From the NCBI GenBank assembly GCA_018651085.1, contig JABIEQ010000017.1, positions 1 to 51,588 of the forward strand: a stretch of DNA of 51,588 nt, read 5' to 3'. A program made the translations under genes and the position numbers. Positions 19,278 to 27,465 of this stretch are shown here, piece by piece (the first letter of the stretch is position 1; every line of letters begins with the position of its first letter). Origin of the DNA: Candidatus Magasanikiibacteriota bacterium (GTDB taxonomy: Bacteria > Patescibacteriota > Patescibacteriia > Magasanikbacterales > UBA922). Below the pieces are notes generated by a model. It saw nothing but the letters and a program-made list of their open reading frames with translations, did no database searches and was not told the DNA's origin.

Positions 19278-20426
19278 ATGGCTGAAGAATATGATCTCAC
19301 CCCTAAAAATGAGACTGATGATCTCGCTGAGAACCCTGAATTGCAACGACTAAATGCGTTTGCAGCAGACGAGATTATCACACAAGCCCAGGCAGTCTCT
19401 TCTTCTGAAGAAGGGCGTGTTTTAGTATCTGAACATCAACGTTCTAGAATGAAAGATGCTGTGGCTGAATCTATTTTACCCATTATCAATAAGATGTTTT
19501 CAGATATTATATCTGATGAAGATATCCCTGAACTTGATGAAGACGGTGCTGATCTTATTAAGTCATTTGCCGAGCCTGCTACTCCAGAAAATGTATACGA
19601 AGAATATTTAAATGATGTCGTAGCTCCACAGGCTGTAGCGCAAGAAACGGGTGTTGTCGCTGACGAATTAAAAGATGACGAAAATAAAGAAGATGCCGTA
19701 GCTGGGGAAGAAGGAGAGGAACAGGAAAATGAGGAGGAGGAAGAACAAGGTGATGAAGAAAATAAGGAGGAGGAAGAGGAGGAGGAAGAGGAGGAGGAAG
19801 CAGAAGAACAGGAGAAGGAAAAACAAGAGCAAGAACAGGGTAAAAAAGATCAGACATCTCCTCAACAAGAAGACCAAGCACCTCAAGAAGGACAAGATGA
19901 TGGAAAAAAGCAACAAGCACAAACTCAAGAAAAAGTTGCGAAGACAAAAAAAACATTCCAAAAAAAGATTGGATCTATTAAAAATCATGGAAATAGACTG
20001 GTTAAATCAACACAGCGACGTATTCGTAATCTCGAAAGGACAAGACAAGCACTTCAACTCACGAAAGGAACACTCCTTCTTGCTCTTCGGTCAGCACAAG
20101 CAACCTATTACTTTTTTCAATTTATTATTGCGATTGTCTTTGTGATAGGCTTTCTTCTGACACTTACAATTATCTTTTCTGAGGTCGGTGCGCCAATTAT
20201 GGGATTTTGTAATAGAGCATGGAGTTTTGCATCAAAAACATACAAAACGGCTATAAAACCGATGAAAGAGGCTATTGCTGGCATTGATGCAAAAATTCAA
20301 TCCCTTAGTGCTATTATTGCGAAACTGAGTATTACGGTGAAAAAAGTGCAACGTATGATTAATGGAAATATTAAAAAAGAAAAAAGAAAACTTCTCTCTC
20401 AAATTCAAGAACTTTCGTCGCAGTAG
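19278..20426 (+). CDS. Hypothetical acidic, Glu-rich protein with a single C-proximal TM helix (382 aa)
   Basis: The ORF starts 7 nt after the previous one. It has an acidic N-half with a poly-E tract, then a basic stretch, then a TM helix (FFQFIIAIVFVIGFLLTLTIIF), then a coiled-coil-like tail. I recognise no family. Confidence 0.6.
   Translation: MAEEYDLTPKNETDDLAENPELQRLNAFAADEIITQAQAVSSSEEGRVLVSEHQRSRMKDAVAESILPIINKMFSDIISDEDIPELDEDGADLIKSFAEPATPENVYEEYLNDVVAPQAVAQETGVVADELKDDENKEDAVAGEEGEEQENEEEEEQGDEENKEEEEEEEEEEEAEEQEKEKQEQEQGKKDQTSPQQEDQAPQEGQDDGKKQQAQTQEKVAKTKKTFQKKIGSIKNHGNRLVKSTQRRIRNLERTRQALQLTKGTLLLALRSAQATYYFFQFIIAIVFVIGFLLTLTIIFSEVGAPIMGFCNRAWSFASKTYKTAIKPMKEAIAGIDAKIQSLSAIIAKLSITVKKVQRMINGNIKKEKRKLLSQIQELSSQ
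19704..19850 (+). repeat. Polypurine GAR-codon low-complexity tract
   Basis: About 150 nt are almost exclusively A/G on the plus strand (GAGGAGGAGGAAGAG... iterations), encoding EEEQGDEENKEEEEEEEEEEAEEQEKEKQEQEQ. This tract generates spurious ORFs in other frames and on the other strand. Confidence 0.7.
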
Positions 20427-20457
20427 TCCGCTTCTTCTTAGAATTAACCTATATACA

Positions 20458-20487
20458 TAAAAAGATGCCCTGTGGCATCCTTTTTAT
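20458..20487 (+). terminator. Rho-independent terminator ending the clpC-orf115-orf382 unit
   Basis: The stem GATGCC (20464-20469) pairs with GGCATC (20474-20479), followed by CTTTTTATTT. Confidence 0.7.
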
Positions 20488-20516
20488 TTGTAAATATAGG
20501 GAAAAACGATTATACT
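20488..20516 (+). promoter_or_regulatory. Candidate sigma70 promoter for the 20551-27091 gene string
   Basis: TTGTAA is at 20488-20493, the spacer is 17 nt, and TATACT is at 20511-20516. Confidence 0.5.
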
Positions 20517-20550
20517 ACTAGTCAGTTTCTCTCTTTTTTACTTATTATCT

Positions 20551-21777
20551 ATGGATAAAAAACGCGTCTTTGCTGCTATTATTTTTGTCATACTTGTTGG
20601 CATTATTGGTTTCTTTTTATATCGACTCTTTTTTGCACAACCCGCACCACAAACTCCGCCGACACTTACTGAAGGTACTATTGATATTACAGACTTTCCG
20701 CAATCAGATGAACGGGTTTTTGATGAAACACAAGATCCGACGTCCTCTGATCTCCCTTTTTCTGATACTCGTGATGATCTTACTTCACGAACTCCGTCCG
20801 TTGGAGAAGAACCTGCTCGTATACGCCAAGTTGTTGATACTCGTATTATTTCTCCAGCTGTCGACAATAGAGGAAACGTTCGTTTCTATAATCAACAAGA
20901 TGGGAAATTTTACACCGTTGGACCTAATGATACTGTCTCAGCGCTTTCTTCTGAAATCTTTTTTAATGCAGAAAAAATAACCTGGTCCCCTACTACTGAC
21001 GAGTCTATTATTGAATATCCTGATCAATCAAAAATTTATTATAATTTTGATACGGGAAAACAAGTAACCCTTCCAAAACATTGGGAAGAGTTTTCTTTTT
21101 CTACTCAGGGAGACAAGATTGCTGCAAAAAGTGTTGGACTGTCTCCTGATAACCGTTGGCTTATTACAAGTGACCCTGATGGAAGAAATACAAAACGGGT
21201 TGAGGCTCTTGGAGAAAATGGAAATAAAGTTACTGTTGACTGGTCTCCTAATAACCAAGTCGTGGCACTATCACGAACAGGGGCTCCACTTGGTGCAGAA
21301 AGACAAGAAGTGCTCTTAGTTGGTCAACATGGAGAAAACTTTAGGTCCCTCGTTGTTGAAGGGCGTGACTTTAGATCAAAATGGTCAGCTGATGGAAAAC
21401 AACTTGTATACAGTGTATTTAATAGCAGAAATGGCTTCCGCCCAGAACTTTGGGTAGTGAATGCTGAAGGAGATAATATTGGAACAGGTCGGCGAACTCT
21501 TGGTGTAAATACTTGGGCTGATAAATGTACATTCCAAGATGAACGTTTTGTCTTTTGTGCTGTTCCTAGTTCTCTTGAAAGTGGATCTGGGTTTCAACCA
21601 AGTCTTGCTGATACCACTGCTGATAACATTTTTCGTATTGATCTTCAAACTGGTCTTAGATCACTTATTGATTTTGAAGGATCTCATATTGTTGACACTA
21701 TTTTTATGGGAGAAGACAATGACACGCTTTACTTTACTGATAAAATTGGCGGAGATCTTCTTCGTATTGATATTTAA
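20551..21777 (+). CDS. Membrane-anchored TolB-like beta-propeller (PD40 repeat) protein
   Basis: This is a 408-aa ORF with an N-terminal TM helix and repeated PD40-like motifs (SPDNRWLITSDPDGRN, WSPNNQVVALS, WSADGKQLVYS). Confidence 0.7.
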   Translation: MDKKRVFAAIIFVILVGIIGFFLYRLFFAQPAPQTPPTLTEGTIDITDFPQSDERVFDETQDPTSSDLPFSDTRDDLTSRTPSVGEEPARIRQVVDTRIISPAVDNRGNVRFYNQQDGKFYTVGPNDTVSALSSEIFFNAEKITWSPTTDESIIEYPDQSKIYYNFDTGKQVTLPKHWEEFSFSTQGDKIAAKSVGLSPDNRWLITSDPDGRNTKRVEALGENGNKVTVDWSPNNQVVALSRTGAPLGAERQEVLLVGQHGENFRSLVVEGRDFRSKWSADGKQLVYSVFNSRNGFRPELWVVNAEGDNIGTGRRTLGVNTWADKCTFQDERFVFCAVPSSLESGSGFQPSLADTTADNIFRIDLQTGLRSLIDFEGSHIVDTIFMGEDNDTLYFTDKIGGDLLRIDI

Positions 21778-21782
21778 TCCCT

Positions 21783-22424
21783 ATGATTAAACACTCTCAC
21801 TCTTTTCTCATTTTTATTCCAGCGATTCTTATTGCCATTTTTGCATTGTTTTTTCGCGTTGTGCAATATGAATCAATTAATAACGTTCCAGAAGAAGAAA
21901 CAGCGCTACCTGATGATTTTCGTATCCCTATTTATCCTGATGATCCTATCATTGGAAAACGTACCGCAAGAAAAACTATTATTGCTTTTGAAGACTTTGG
22001 TTGCGAAGGATGTCGAATACAGTCTGATATTCTTGAACGAATTATTGCAAAACATCCCGATGATGTGAAAGTTATTTGGAAGGGACTCCCCGTCACACAC
22101 TTCCCTTTCCCATCAAACGAAGCGCACCGATATAGTTACTGTGCGAATAAACAAGGGGAATTTGAACCCTTTACCAAACTTGCTTTTTCTCAGTTTGATA
22201 ATTTATCGCCAACAACACTTGATGCTATATCTGAAAAAGTTGAATTAAAGGACAAAAAGCTTCGTGAGTGCCTTGAAAATCCAGGAACAAATGCTCATAT
22301 TGATAGAACAGCACAACTTGCTACTATTCTTAATATACAGGCTGTACCTGCCATGTTTGTTGATTTTACTCAAGTGCAACCCCCTGTCACGGTTAGCGGA
22401 TGGGAAGCACTCTTAGGTTTATAA
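21783..22424 (+). CDS. DsbA-family thiol:disulfide oxidoreductase, membrane anchored
   Basis: This is a 213-aa ORF with an N-terminal TM helix, the CxxC motif FGCEGC in a thioredoxin-fold context, and a C-terminal VPAMFV motif. Confidence 0.75.
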   Translation: MIKHSHSFLIFIPAILIAIFALFFRVVQYESINNVPEEETALPDDFRIPIYPDDPIIGKRTARKTIIAFEDFGCEGCRIQSDILERIIAKHPDDVKVIWKGLPVTHFPFPSNEAHRYSYCANKQGEFEPFTKLAFSQFDNLSPTTLDAISEKVELKDKKLRECLENPGTNAHIDRTAQLATILNIQAVPAMFVDFTQVQPPVTVSGWEALLGL

Positions 22425-22428
22425 TCTT

Positions 22429-24450
22429 ATGCGCATTCGCATTCTTCTTTTTTGTGCAATACTCTTTACTGCGCTGAGTTTTTTTCCTGCTCCATCTTAT
22501 GCTGCATTAGAAAGTGATGGTGTTATTTATAATGAATTAAATTACCCTAACCCAGTTGATAAAGGGCTTATTTGGTTACCTGAACACGCTGTTAATACTG
22601 GTGGAACATACCCGGTGTTTGTTCTTATTCATGGGAAACTTCAACCTGATCGTCATAAACTTCGCTATTTAGGTAGGGGTGCTCAACCAATGGATAAAAC
22701 CATTAAACCCGTTATAGCAAGTGGTGACATCCCTCCGACAATTATTATATCCCCAATGGATTGGGCTGGATATCTTGAAGGATCTTTTTCTGTTAACCCA
22801 CGAATGCGAGGTCATACCAATGTTCCTTTCACCGTTGCTGAATTACTTGACCATGCTGAGCGTATTATCCAAACACATAAGCCAAATGTATCTATTGATA
22901 GAGATCAAGTCATTATAGCAGGGCATAGTAATGGTGCGGGAAGTCTTGATACTGCAGGTGTTTATGGCGCAGTGAAACATAATAACGGAATAATCTATAA
23001 AGGTGTTGGTATCCTTGATGGAGGAATATCTAAGGGGAGGGCGGAGATTCTCCTTGCTAATATGAGCAATTTTTCTTCAGTTGTAGCTATTGGCTCTCGA
23101 AATATTGGTGGATCAAACCAATGGATTCAATCTATTATGGGACCATCGGCTTCTGATTATGATAATTGTGCGGCACTTCGTCTTTACTCAAAATGTAAAG
23201 TACATAATAGTAAACCTTTTTATTATTTTCAAACTAAAACAACAGGTGAACACGATGCTACTCTCCAATATTTTGTAAAGCACGGACTCCCTCTTATTTT
23301 TGGAGATGGTGGTTCAGTTGGTTCTCCTTCAAAAAATGTTCGAGAAGAAATTAACGATATATTAAGTCAGCCTAAAACGGTTATTGGCATTCCAGGACTT
23401 GAATTTACGGGAATCGATGATTTACGCCAGGCTGTACAAGAAAATAATGGACAATTTTTCATTATTATTCCTTTTATTGGTGAATATATTGAGGCTGTAT
23501 ACCGCTATGCCCTTGCAGCAGCCTCTGTTGTTGCTATTATTATGATGATTGTAGCTGGACTTCAATGGATGACCTCAGCTGGAAGTTCCGATGGTATTCA
23601 AAAAGCAAAAGCCCGAATGACAAAAGCAGTTATTGGTCTTCTTATCGCTATGGGATCATATCTAATTTTATATACTATCAATCCTGAACTTATTAAGTTT
23701 AGGAATCTTCGTATCCAGTATGTTGAAGAAATTCCTCTTCCAACTTTCGTGCTTGATGGTGAATATGAATCTCAATCAGGTGAATTTGGTCCCTCTTCAA
23801 CGTATGATTCTTCTGTCCTACCAAATGATGGTGTTCCCCATTTTGGCCAATGCGATCCTAAGTGGGCAGAACAAGCCTGGGGTAGAGTAAATGGCTGTAC
23901 TTCTGGTAAAAATAATATTTGTAGTTCCGGGTGTGGGATCACTTCTTTATCAATGGTCCTCACGTCATACAGAGATAAAGTTGCCGATCCATACAAGGAC
24001 AAAACACAACCACCTCATATTGCTGATTGGACTGAAAAAAATAAATATAGAGGTATTGGTCCAGGGAGTCCTCCTGGGGCAACGTGTAATGGAACATCAT
24101 GGAAAGGAATGCAAGCAGTTAGCGAAGAGTATGGGATGAAAGCAAAGCTTCTGGGAAGTGTTACAGCGGCCACCCCCTATCTTGAAAAAAAACAACCCGT
24201 TGTGGTGCATGTCGCAAACCTCAACCGTAAAAAGAAATACGCATCAAAAGCTGACAGAAAAGCTGATACTACTTGTAAATTTACGTCTGGCGGTCACTAT
24301 ATTGTTCTTACTGGATATGATACGGCGACAGGTATTTACACGGTAAATGATCCCGGAAGAAATCGTCCACCTAACGAGAGAAAGCAGGCGACGAAAGCAT
24401 ATCTTGAAGATAACTGTCATGCTGCTGGCTTTCTTCTTGTCACTCCATAA
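22429..24450 (+). CDS. Secreted three-module protein: alpha/beta-hydrolase-like domain, pilin-like two-helix membrane module, C39-like/papain-fold cysteine peptidase domain
   Basis: It has a signal peptide ending PSYA-AL, a nucleophile elbow IIAGHSNGAG, and a central module shared with the next gene (23389-23724). The C-terminal part carries Cys/His motifs (CSSGCGITSLSMVL ... GGHYIVLTGYD ... VNDPG). Confidence 0.6.
   Translation: MRIRILLFCAILFTALSFFPAPSYAALESDGVIYNELNYPNPVDKGLIWLPEHAVNTGGTYPVFVLIHGKLQPDRHKLRYLGRGAQPMDKTIKPVIASGDIPPTIIISPMDWAGYLEGSFSVNPRMRGHTNVPFTVAELLDHAERIIQTHKPNVSIDRDQVIIAGHSNGAGSLDTAGVYGAVKHNNGIIYKGVGILDGGISKGRAEILLANMSNFSSVVAIGSRNIGGSNQWIQSIMGPSASDYDNCAALRLYSKCKVHNSKPFYYFQTKTTGEHDATLQYFVKHGLPLIFGDGGSVGSPSKNVREEINDILSQPKTVIGIPGLEFTGIDDLRQAVQENNGQFFIIIPFIGEYIEAVYRYALAAASVVAIIMMIVAGLQWMTSAGSSDGIQKAKARMTKAVIGLLIAMGSYLILYTINPELIKFRNLRIQYVEEIPLPTFVLDGEYESQSGEFGPSSTYDSSVLPNDGVPHFGQCDPKWAEQAWGRVNGCTSGKNNICSSGCGITSLSMVLTSYRDKVADPYKDKTQPPHIADWTEKNKYRGIGPGSPPGATCNGTSWKGMQAVSEEYGMKAKLLGSVTAATPYLEKKQPVVVHVANLNRKKKYASKADRKADTTCKFTSGGHYIVLTGYDTATGIYTVNDPGRNRPPNERKQATKAYLEDNCHAAGFLLVTP
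23389..23724 (+). repeat. Paralogous two-helix module, copy 1 (type IV secretion pilin-like)
   Basis: The module is IPGLEF...IIPFIGEYIEAVYRYALAAASVVAIIMMIVAGLQWMTSAGSSDGIQKAKARMTKAVIGLLIAMGSYLILYTINPELIKFRNLRIQYV. A 23-nt stretch (23680-23702) is identical to 24915-24937. Confidence 0.7.
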
Positions 24451-24461
24451 TCCATCTTTTC

Positions 24462-25754
24462 ATGCTCCGACATTTTTTTTCAATTCGAGGATACTTCCTT
24501 TCATCTATTCTAGCAGGGGTTCTTTTATTTACTTTATTTTTTCCTTTTGTTGTATATGGAGCTAGTACGGATCTCCCAACTGACAAGGCTCCTGTTTTTG
24601 ATCCACAACTAGAAATATCCATCCCTGGACTAGATTTCACAAGTGCTGAAGATGTCCGAGATACCGCACATATAGCAAAAGATGGCTCAACATACATTAC
24701 TATTCCTTTTCTTGGTGAATACATTTCTGCTATTTTTACCTATGGTGTTGCGGTGTCTACTATCCTTGCAATGTTTATGTGCCTTATTGGTGGATTGCAA
24801 TGGATGGTATCTCGAGGGGATGGTCCTGCCATTCAAGCAGCGAAAAGCCGCATGGTAAAAGCGATTATTGGGTTACTTTTAGCCTTGGGATCGTATACTA
24901 TATTATATACAATAAATCCTGAACTTATTAAGTTTAGAAACTTACGAGTGTTGTATGTACGGCAGATTGATTTATCGAAATATATTGTTGCTCTTGTTGG
25001 TGAAGGTGGTACGGTTACCCCTATCACAGACCCTAATGTCCATCATGCTAAACCTGGGGCAAAAAACCAAAAACTTACAGACGAGATGATGATTGACATT
25101 GCTGATAGGATGGGTATTGATAAATGTATTGTATTATCTACCATTAAAAAAGAATCTGGGGGTAATCTCCATCTCATTGGACACGACGAAAATTTTCCTG
25201 TCACTAGGCGTGGAAAAATTTGTCCAACGGTTAGCGCTCGAAAATCTTTTCTTTCTCATGGAAGAACCTTTAAAAATGTAGGGTTTACTCCAATTCCCCT
25301 TGACACATATAACCCTTGTATTCATAACAATTACAAAGTAAGCGGGAAAATTATTAAAAATGATGATAAATTTGACCTTAACAGTCCCCCCGAGTATGGT
25401 TTAGATTGGCGATATTCTCATGGAATTGGGTTTGGTCAAATTACCATTTTTCCTGATCCTAAAAAATCAAGTTGGAATAGCCAAATTAATGGGCCCAATG
25501 GTCCTGAATGGGCCCGTAAAATTATTGATCGATGGTACACTGTGAGTGATCTTTTAAATGCTGATAAACAACTTGAAGCGACTATTCTTTTAATGAATCA
25601 TGTATATAAAGCGGCCAAAGGTGATGTTGAAAACTTTTTTAAACGATATGCCGGTGGAGCAGCAGGGATTCCTCGAGCGATGAAATTTTATTGCTCTTGT
25701 CTAGACACCCATACTGATCTCCCCCGTGAACCAGCGTGTGTTAATTATAAATAA
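24462..25754 (+). CDS. Pilin-like two-helix membrane module fused to a lytic transglycosylase (SLT/GH23-like) domain
   Basis: It has an N-terminal signal/TM segment, then module copy 2 (24621-24959). The C-terminal domain has an SLT-like catalytic Glu-Ser (LSTIKKESGGN) and a YSHGIGFGQIT motif. Confidence 0.6.
   Translation: MLRHFFSIRGYFLSSILAGVLLFTLFFPFVVYGASTDLPTDKAPVFDPQLEISIPGLDFTSAEDVRDTAHIAKDGSTYITIPFLGEYISAIFTYGVAVSTILAMFMCLIGGLQWMVSRGDGPAIQAAKSRMVKAIIGLLLALGSYTILYTINPELIKFRNLRVLYVRQIDLSKYIVALVGEGGTVTPITDPNVHHAKPGAKNQKLTDEMMIDIADRMGIDKCIVLSTIKKESGGNLHLIGHDENFPVTRRGKICPTVSARKSFLSHGRTFKNVGFTPIPLDTYNPCIHNNYKVSGKIIKNDDKFDLNSPPEYGLDWRYSHGIGFGQITIFPDPKKSSWNSQINGPNGPEWARKIIDRWYTVSDLLNADKQLEATILLMNHVYKAAKGDVENFFKRYAGGAAGIPRAMKFYCSCLDTHTDLPREPACVNYK
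24621..24959 (+). repeat. Paralogous two-helix module, copy 2 (type IV secretion pilin-like)
   Basis: The module is IPGLDF...ITIPFLGEYISAIFTYGVAVSTILAMFMCLIGGLQWMVSRGDGPAIQAAKSRMVKAIIGLLLALGSYTILYTINPELIKFRNLRVLYV. It is collinear with copy 1. Confidence 0.7.
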
Positions 25755-25759
25755 TATTT

Positions 25760-27091
25760 GTGGCTAAAACATCTATCCTCTTTTCTTGTACATCTTGCGA
25801 TGCTCAGTTTCAAAAATGGACTGGGCGTTGTTTTGAATGTGGCAATTGGGGTTCTATCAAAGAACACTATTCTTCTGAATCGTCATCATCTCCAAAAACA
25901 ACTATTCCTCCTCTTGAGATGGCCACCCTTAGTGATATTTCTAAGGTGAATGTCTCTCGATTTTCTACACACCTCCCTGAATGTGACCGAGTATTCGGTG
26001 GTGGTATTGTTCCTGGAAGCCTTACCCTTCTTGGCGGAGAGCCTGGTATTGGTAAATCGACGCTTTCTTTACAACTTGCGACAGCTATTACTCCAACACT
26101 CTATATTTCAGGGGAAGAATCTACTGAACAGATATCTTTACGCGCAAAGAGACTTCAAGCTTCATCAAACCCTCTTAAATTAGTAAATGCGGTAAACATT
26201 GAACGTATTTGTGCAACAATTATTAAAGAATCTCCACAACTTGTTATTCTTGATTCGATTCAAACAGTGTATAGCCCTGAAGCGAGTGGAAGTTCAGGAA
26301 GCCCAAATCAAATCCGATCATGTACCGTGCAGTTAATGAGTGTTGCTAAAAAATATAATATTGCAATTATTATTATTGGGCATGTTACAAAAGACGGTGC
26401 TGTTGCAGGGCCAAAAACATTAGAACATCTTGTTGACACCGTATTATATCTTGAAGGAGATCGTCACCATAGCTATAGAATGCTCCGTGCAGTTAAGAAC
26501 AGATTTGGTTCAACTGACGAACTTGGAGTGTTTGATATGACAGAAACAGGTCTTCATAGCGTTGAGAACCCTTCAGCGGCACTTTTAGAAGAGCGTGGGG
26601 CTTCCATGCCAGGAAGCGTTGTCACGTGTCTTCTTGAAGGATCACGACCACTTCTCGTGGAAGTACAAGCACTGCTTACAAAGACAGCCTTTGGGTACCC
26701 ACAACGAAAAGCGAGTGGCTTTGATTTAAATAGACTGCATGTATTACTTGCGGTCCTTGAAAAACGAGCTGGTCTTTCTCTTACTCAATACGATGTCCAT
26801 ATTAATGTTGTTGGCGGCATAAAAGCGAATGAACCCGGTGCTGATCTGGCAGTTTGCCTTGCAGTAGCCAGCGCATATAAAGATGTCTCTTTAGGAAACG
26901 ACCTTGTCGTGTTTGGTGAAGTTGGCCTTGGTGGTGAAGTACGAAGTGTTACCCAAGCAGAAAAACGTCTGAAAGAATGCGCTCACCTAGGTATGAAACG
27001 CGTTATTCTTGGTCATAAAAAGAAATTGACATCAAATGACCTTACTATCATATCGGTAAAAAGCATACCTGAACTTATTAAACAGACATAA
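25760..27091 (+). CDS. radA: DNA repair protein RadA
   Basis: This is a 443-aa ORF with a GTG start. It has an N-terminal zinc ribbon (CTSCDAQFQKWTGRCFECGNW), Walker A (GGEPGIGKST), the KNRFG motif and a Lon-like C-terminal domain. Confidence 0.95.
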   Translation: MAKTSILFSCTSCDAQFQKWTGRCFECGNWGSIKEHYSSESSSSPKTTIPPLEMATLSDISKVNVSRFSTHLPECDRVFGGGIVPGSLTLLGGEPGIGKSTLSLQLATAITPTLYISGEESTEQISLRAKRLQASSNPLKLVNAVNIERICATIIKESPQLVILDSIQTVYSPEASGSSGSPNQIRSCTVQLMSVAKKYNIAIIIIGHVTKDGAVAGPKTLEHLVDTVLYLEGDRHHSYRMLRAVKNRFGSTDELGVFDMTETGLHSVENPSAALLEERGASMPGSVVTCLLEGSRPLLVEVQALLTKTAFGYPQRKASGFDLNRLHVLLAVLEKRAGLSLTQYDVHINVVGGIKANEPGADLAVCLAVASAYKDVSLGNDLVVFGEVGLGGEVRSVTQAEKRLKECAHLGMKRVILGHKKKLTSNDLTIISVKSIPELIKQT

Positions 27092-27119
27092 AAAAATACC
27101 GATTATTGGTATTTTTTTA
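27092..27119. terminator. Bidirectional rho-independent terminator (radA; also the possible 3' limit of the minus-strand RNA)
   Basis: The stem AATACC (27095-27100) pairs with GGTATT (27108-27113), with an A-run before it and a T-run after it. Confidence 0.75.
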
Positions 27120-27149
27120 TTCTCTAGAGTATATATAGGTATATATCTT

Positions 27150-27460
27150 CTATGAAGAGGGTCGTCCGTGAGTATGACTCACGGACGACCCTCGTGACAG
27201 GACGAGTAGCTCTCACCCTTCCCGGGACGGCTTCGTCGATTTCTCCCTCGGGCGCATGCCCGTGTTTTTGGGATCATTGCTCCCCTGCTGAGCTTGAAGG
27301 CGTTGCCGCCGAAGAGCTCGAGACACCTTGAGATTATGGACTGTCACCGGATCCATCCAGAACCTCTCACGAGGCGTGGATCCTCTTGAGACTTTACCAC
27401 TCGTCGCCATCTATTCCTCCCTGAAGGAAACCCTACCACCATGGCTAAGTTTCAATATAC
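27150..27460 (-). ncRNA. Unclassified highly structured stable RNA (RNase P RNA-like candidate; may extend to about 27095)
   Basis: This is a strikingly GC-rich island with no credible ORF and a perfect consensus promoter immediately upstream on the minus strand. GNRA-capped hairpins are CCUC-GUGA-GAGG (27363-27374) and GGCG-GCAA-CGCC (27299-27310). A 9-bp long-range helix pairs 27201-27209 with 27397-27405; one of its pairs is G.U on the minus strand and would be A.C on the plus strand. A perfect 17-bp hairpin lies at 27157-27193. AAAGUC (27390-27395) and GGAGCAA (27277-27283) resemble RNase P RNA conserved regions, but I could not thread a full P1-P4 architecture. Confidence 0.55.
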
Positions 27461-27465
27461 AAAAA

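Noticed and set aside
19579-20145. Alternative-frame and antisense ORFs (125, 106 and 138 aa) across the poly-Glu tract
   Set aside because: They are produced by the polypurine repeat. Their translations are homopolymer-like (poly-L/F, poly-K/R) and have no independent start context.
27213-27410. 65-aa minus-strand ORF (MATSGKVSRGSTPRERFW...) inside the GC-rich island
   Set aside because: Its Arg/Pro/Gly/Ser-rich composition is what GC-rich non-coding sequence gives in any frame. It has no RBS, and it lies wholly within a region with dense RNA secondary structure behind a stable-RNA-type promoter. I treat it as part of the ncRNA.
27431-27442. CCCTACCACCA on the plus strand, resembling a tRNA/tmRNA 3' ACCA end
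   Set aside because: There is no T-arm upstream and no complementary 5' acceptor strand. The promoter, the G.U evidence and the hairpins all indicate that the RNA is on the minus strand.
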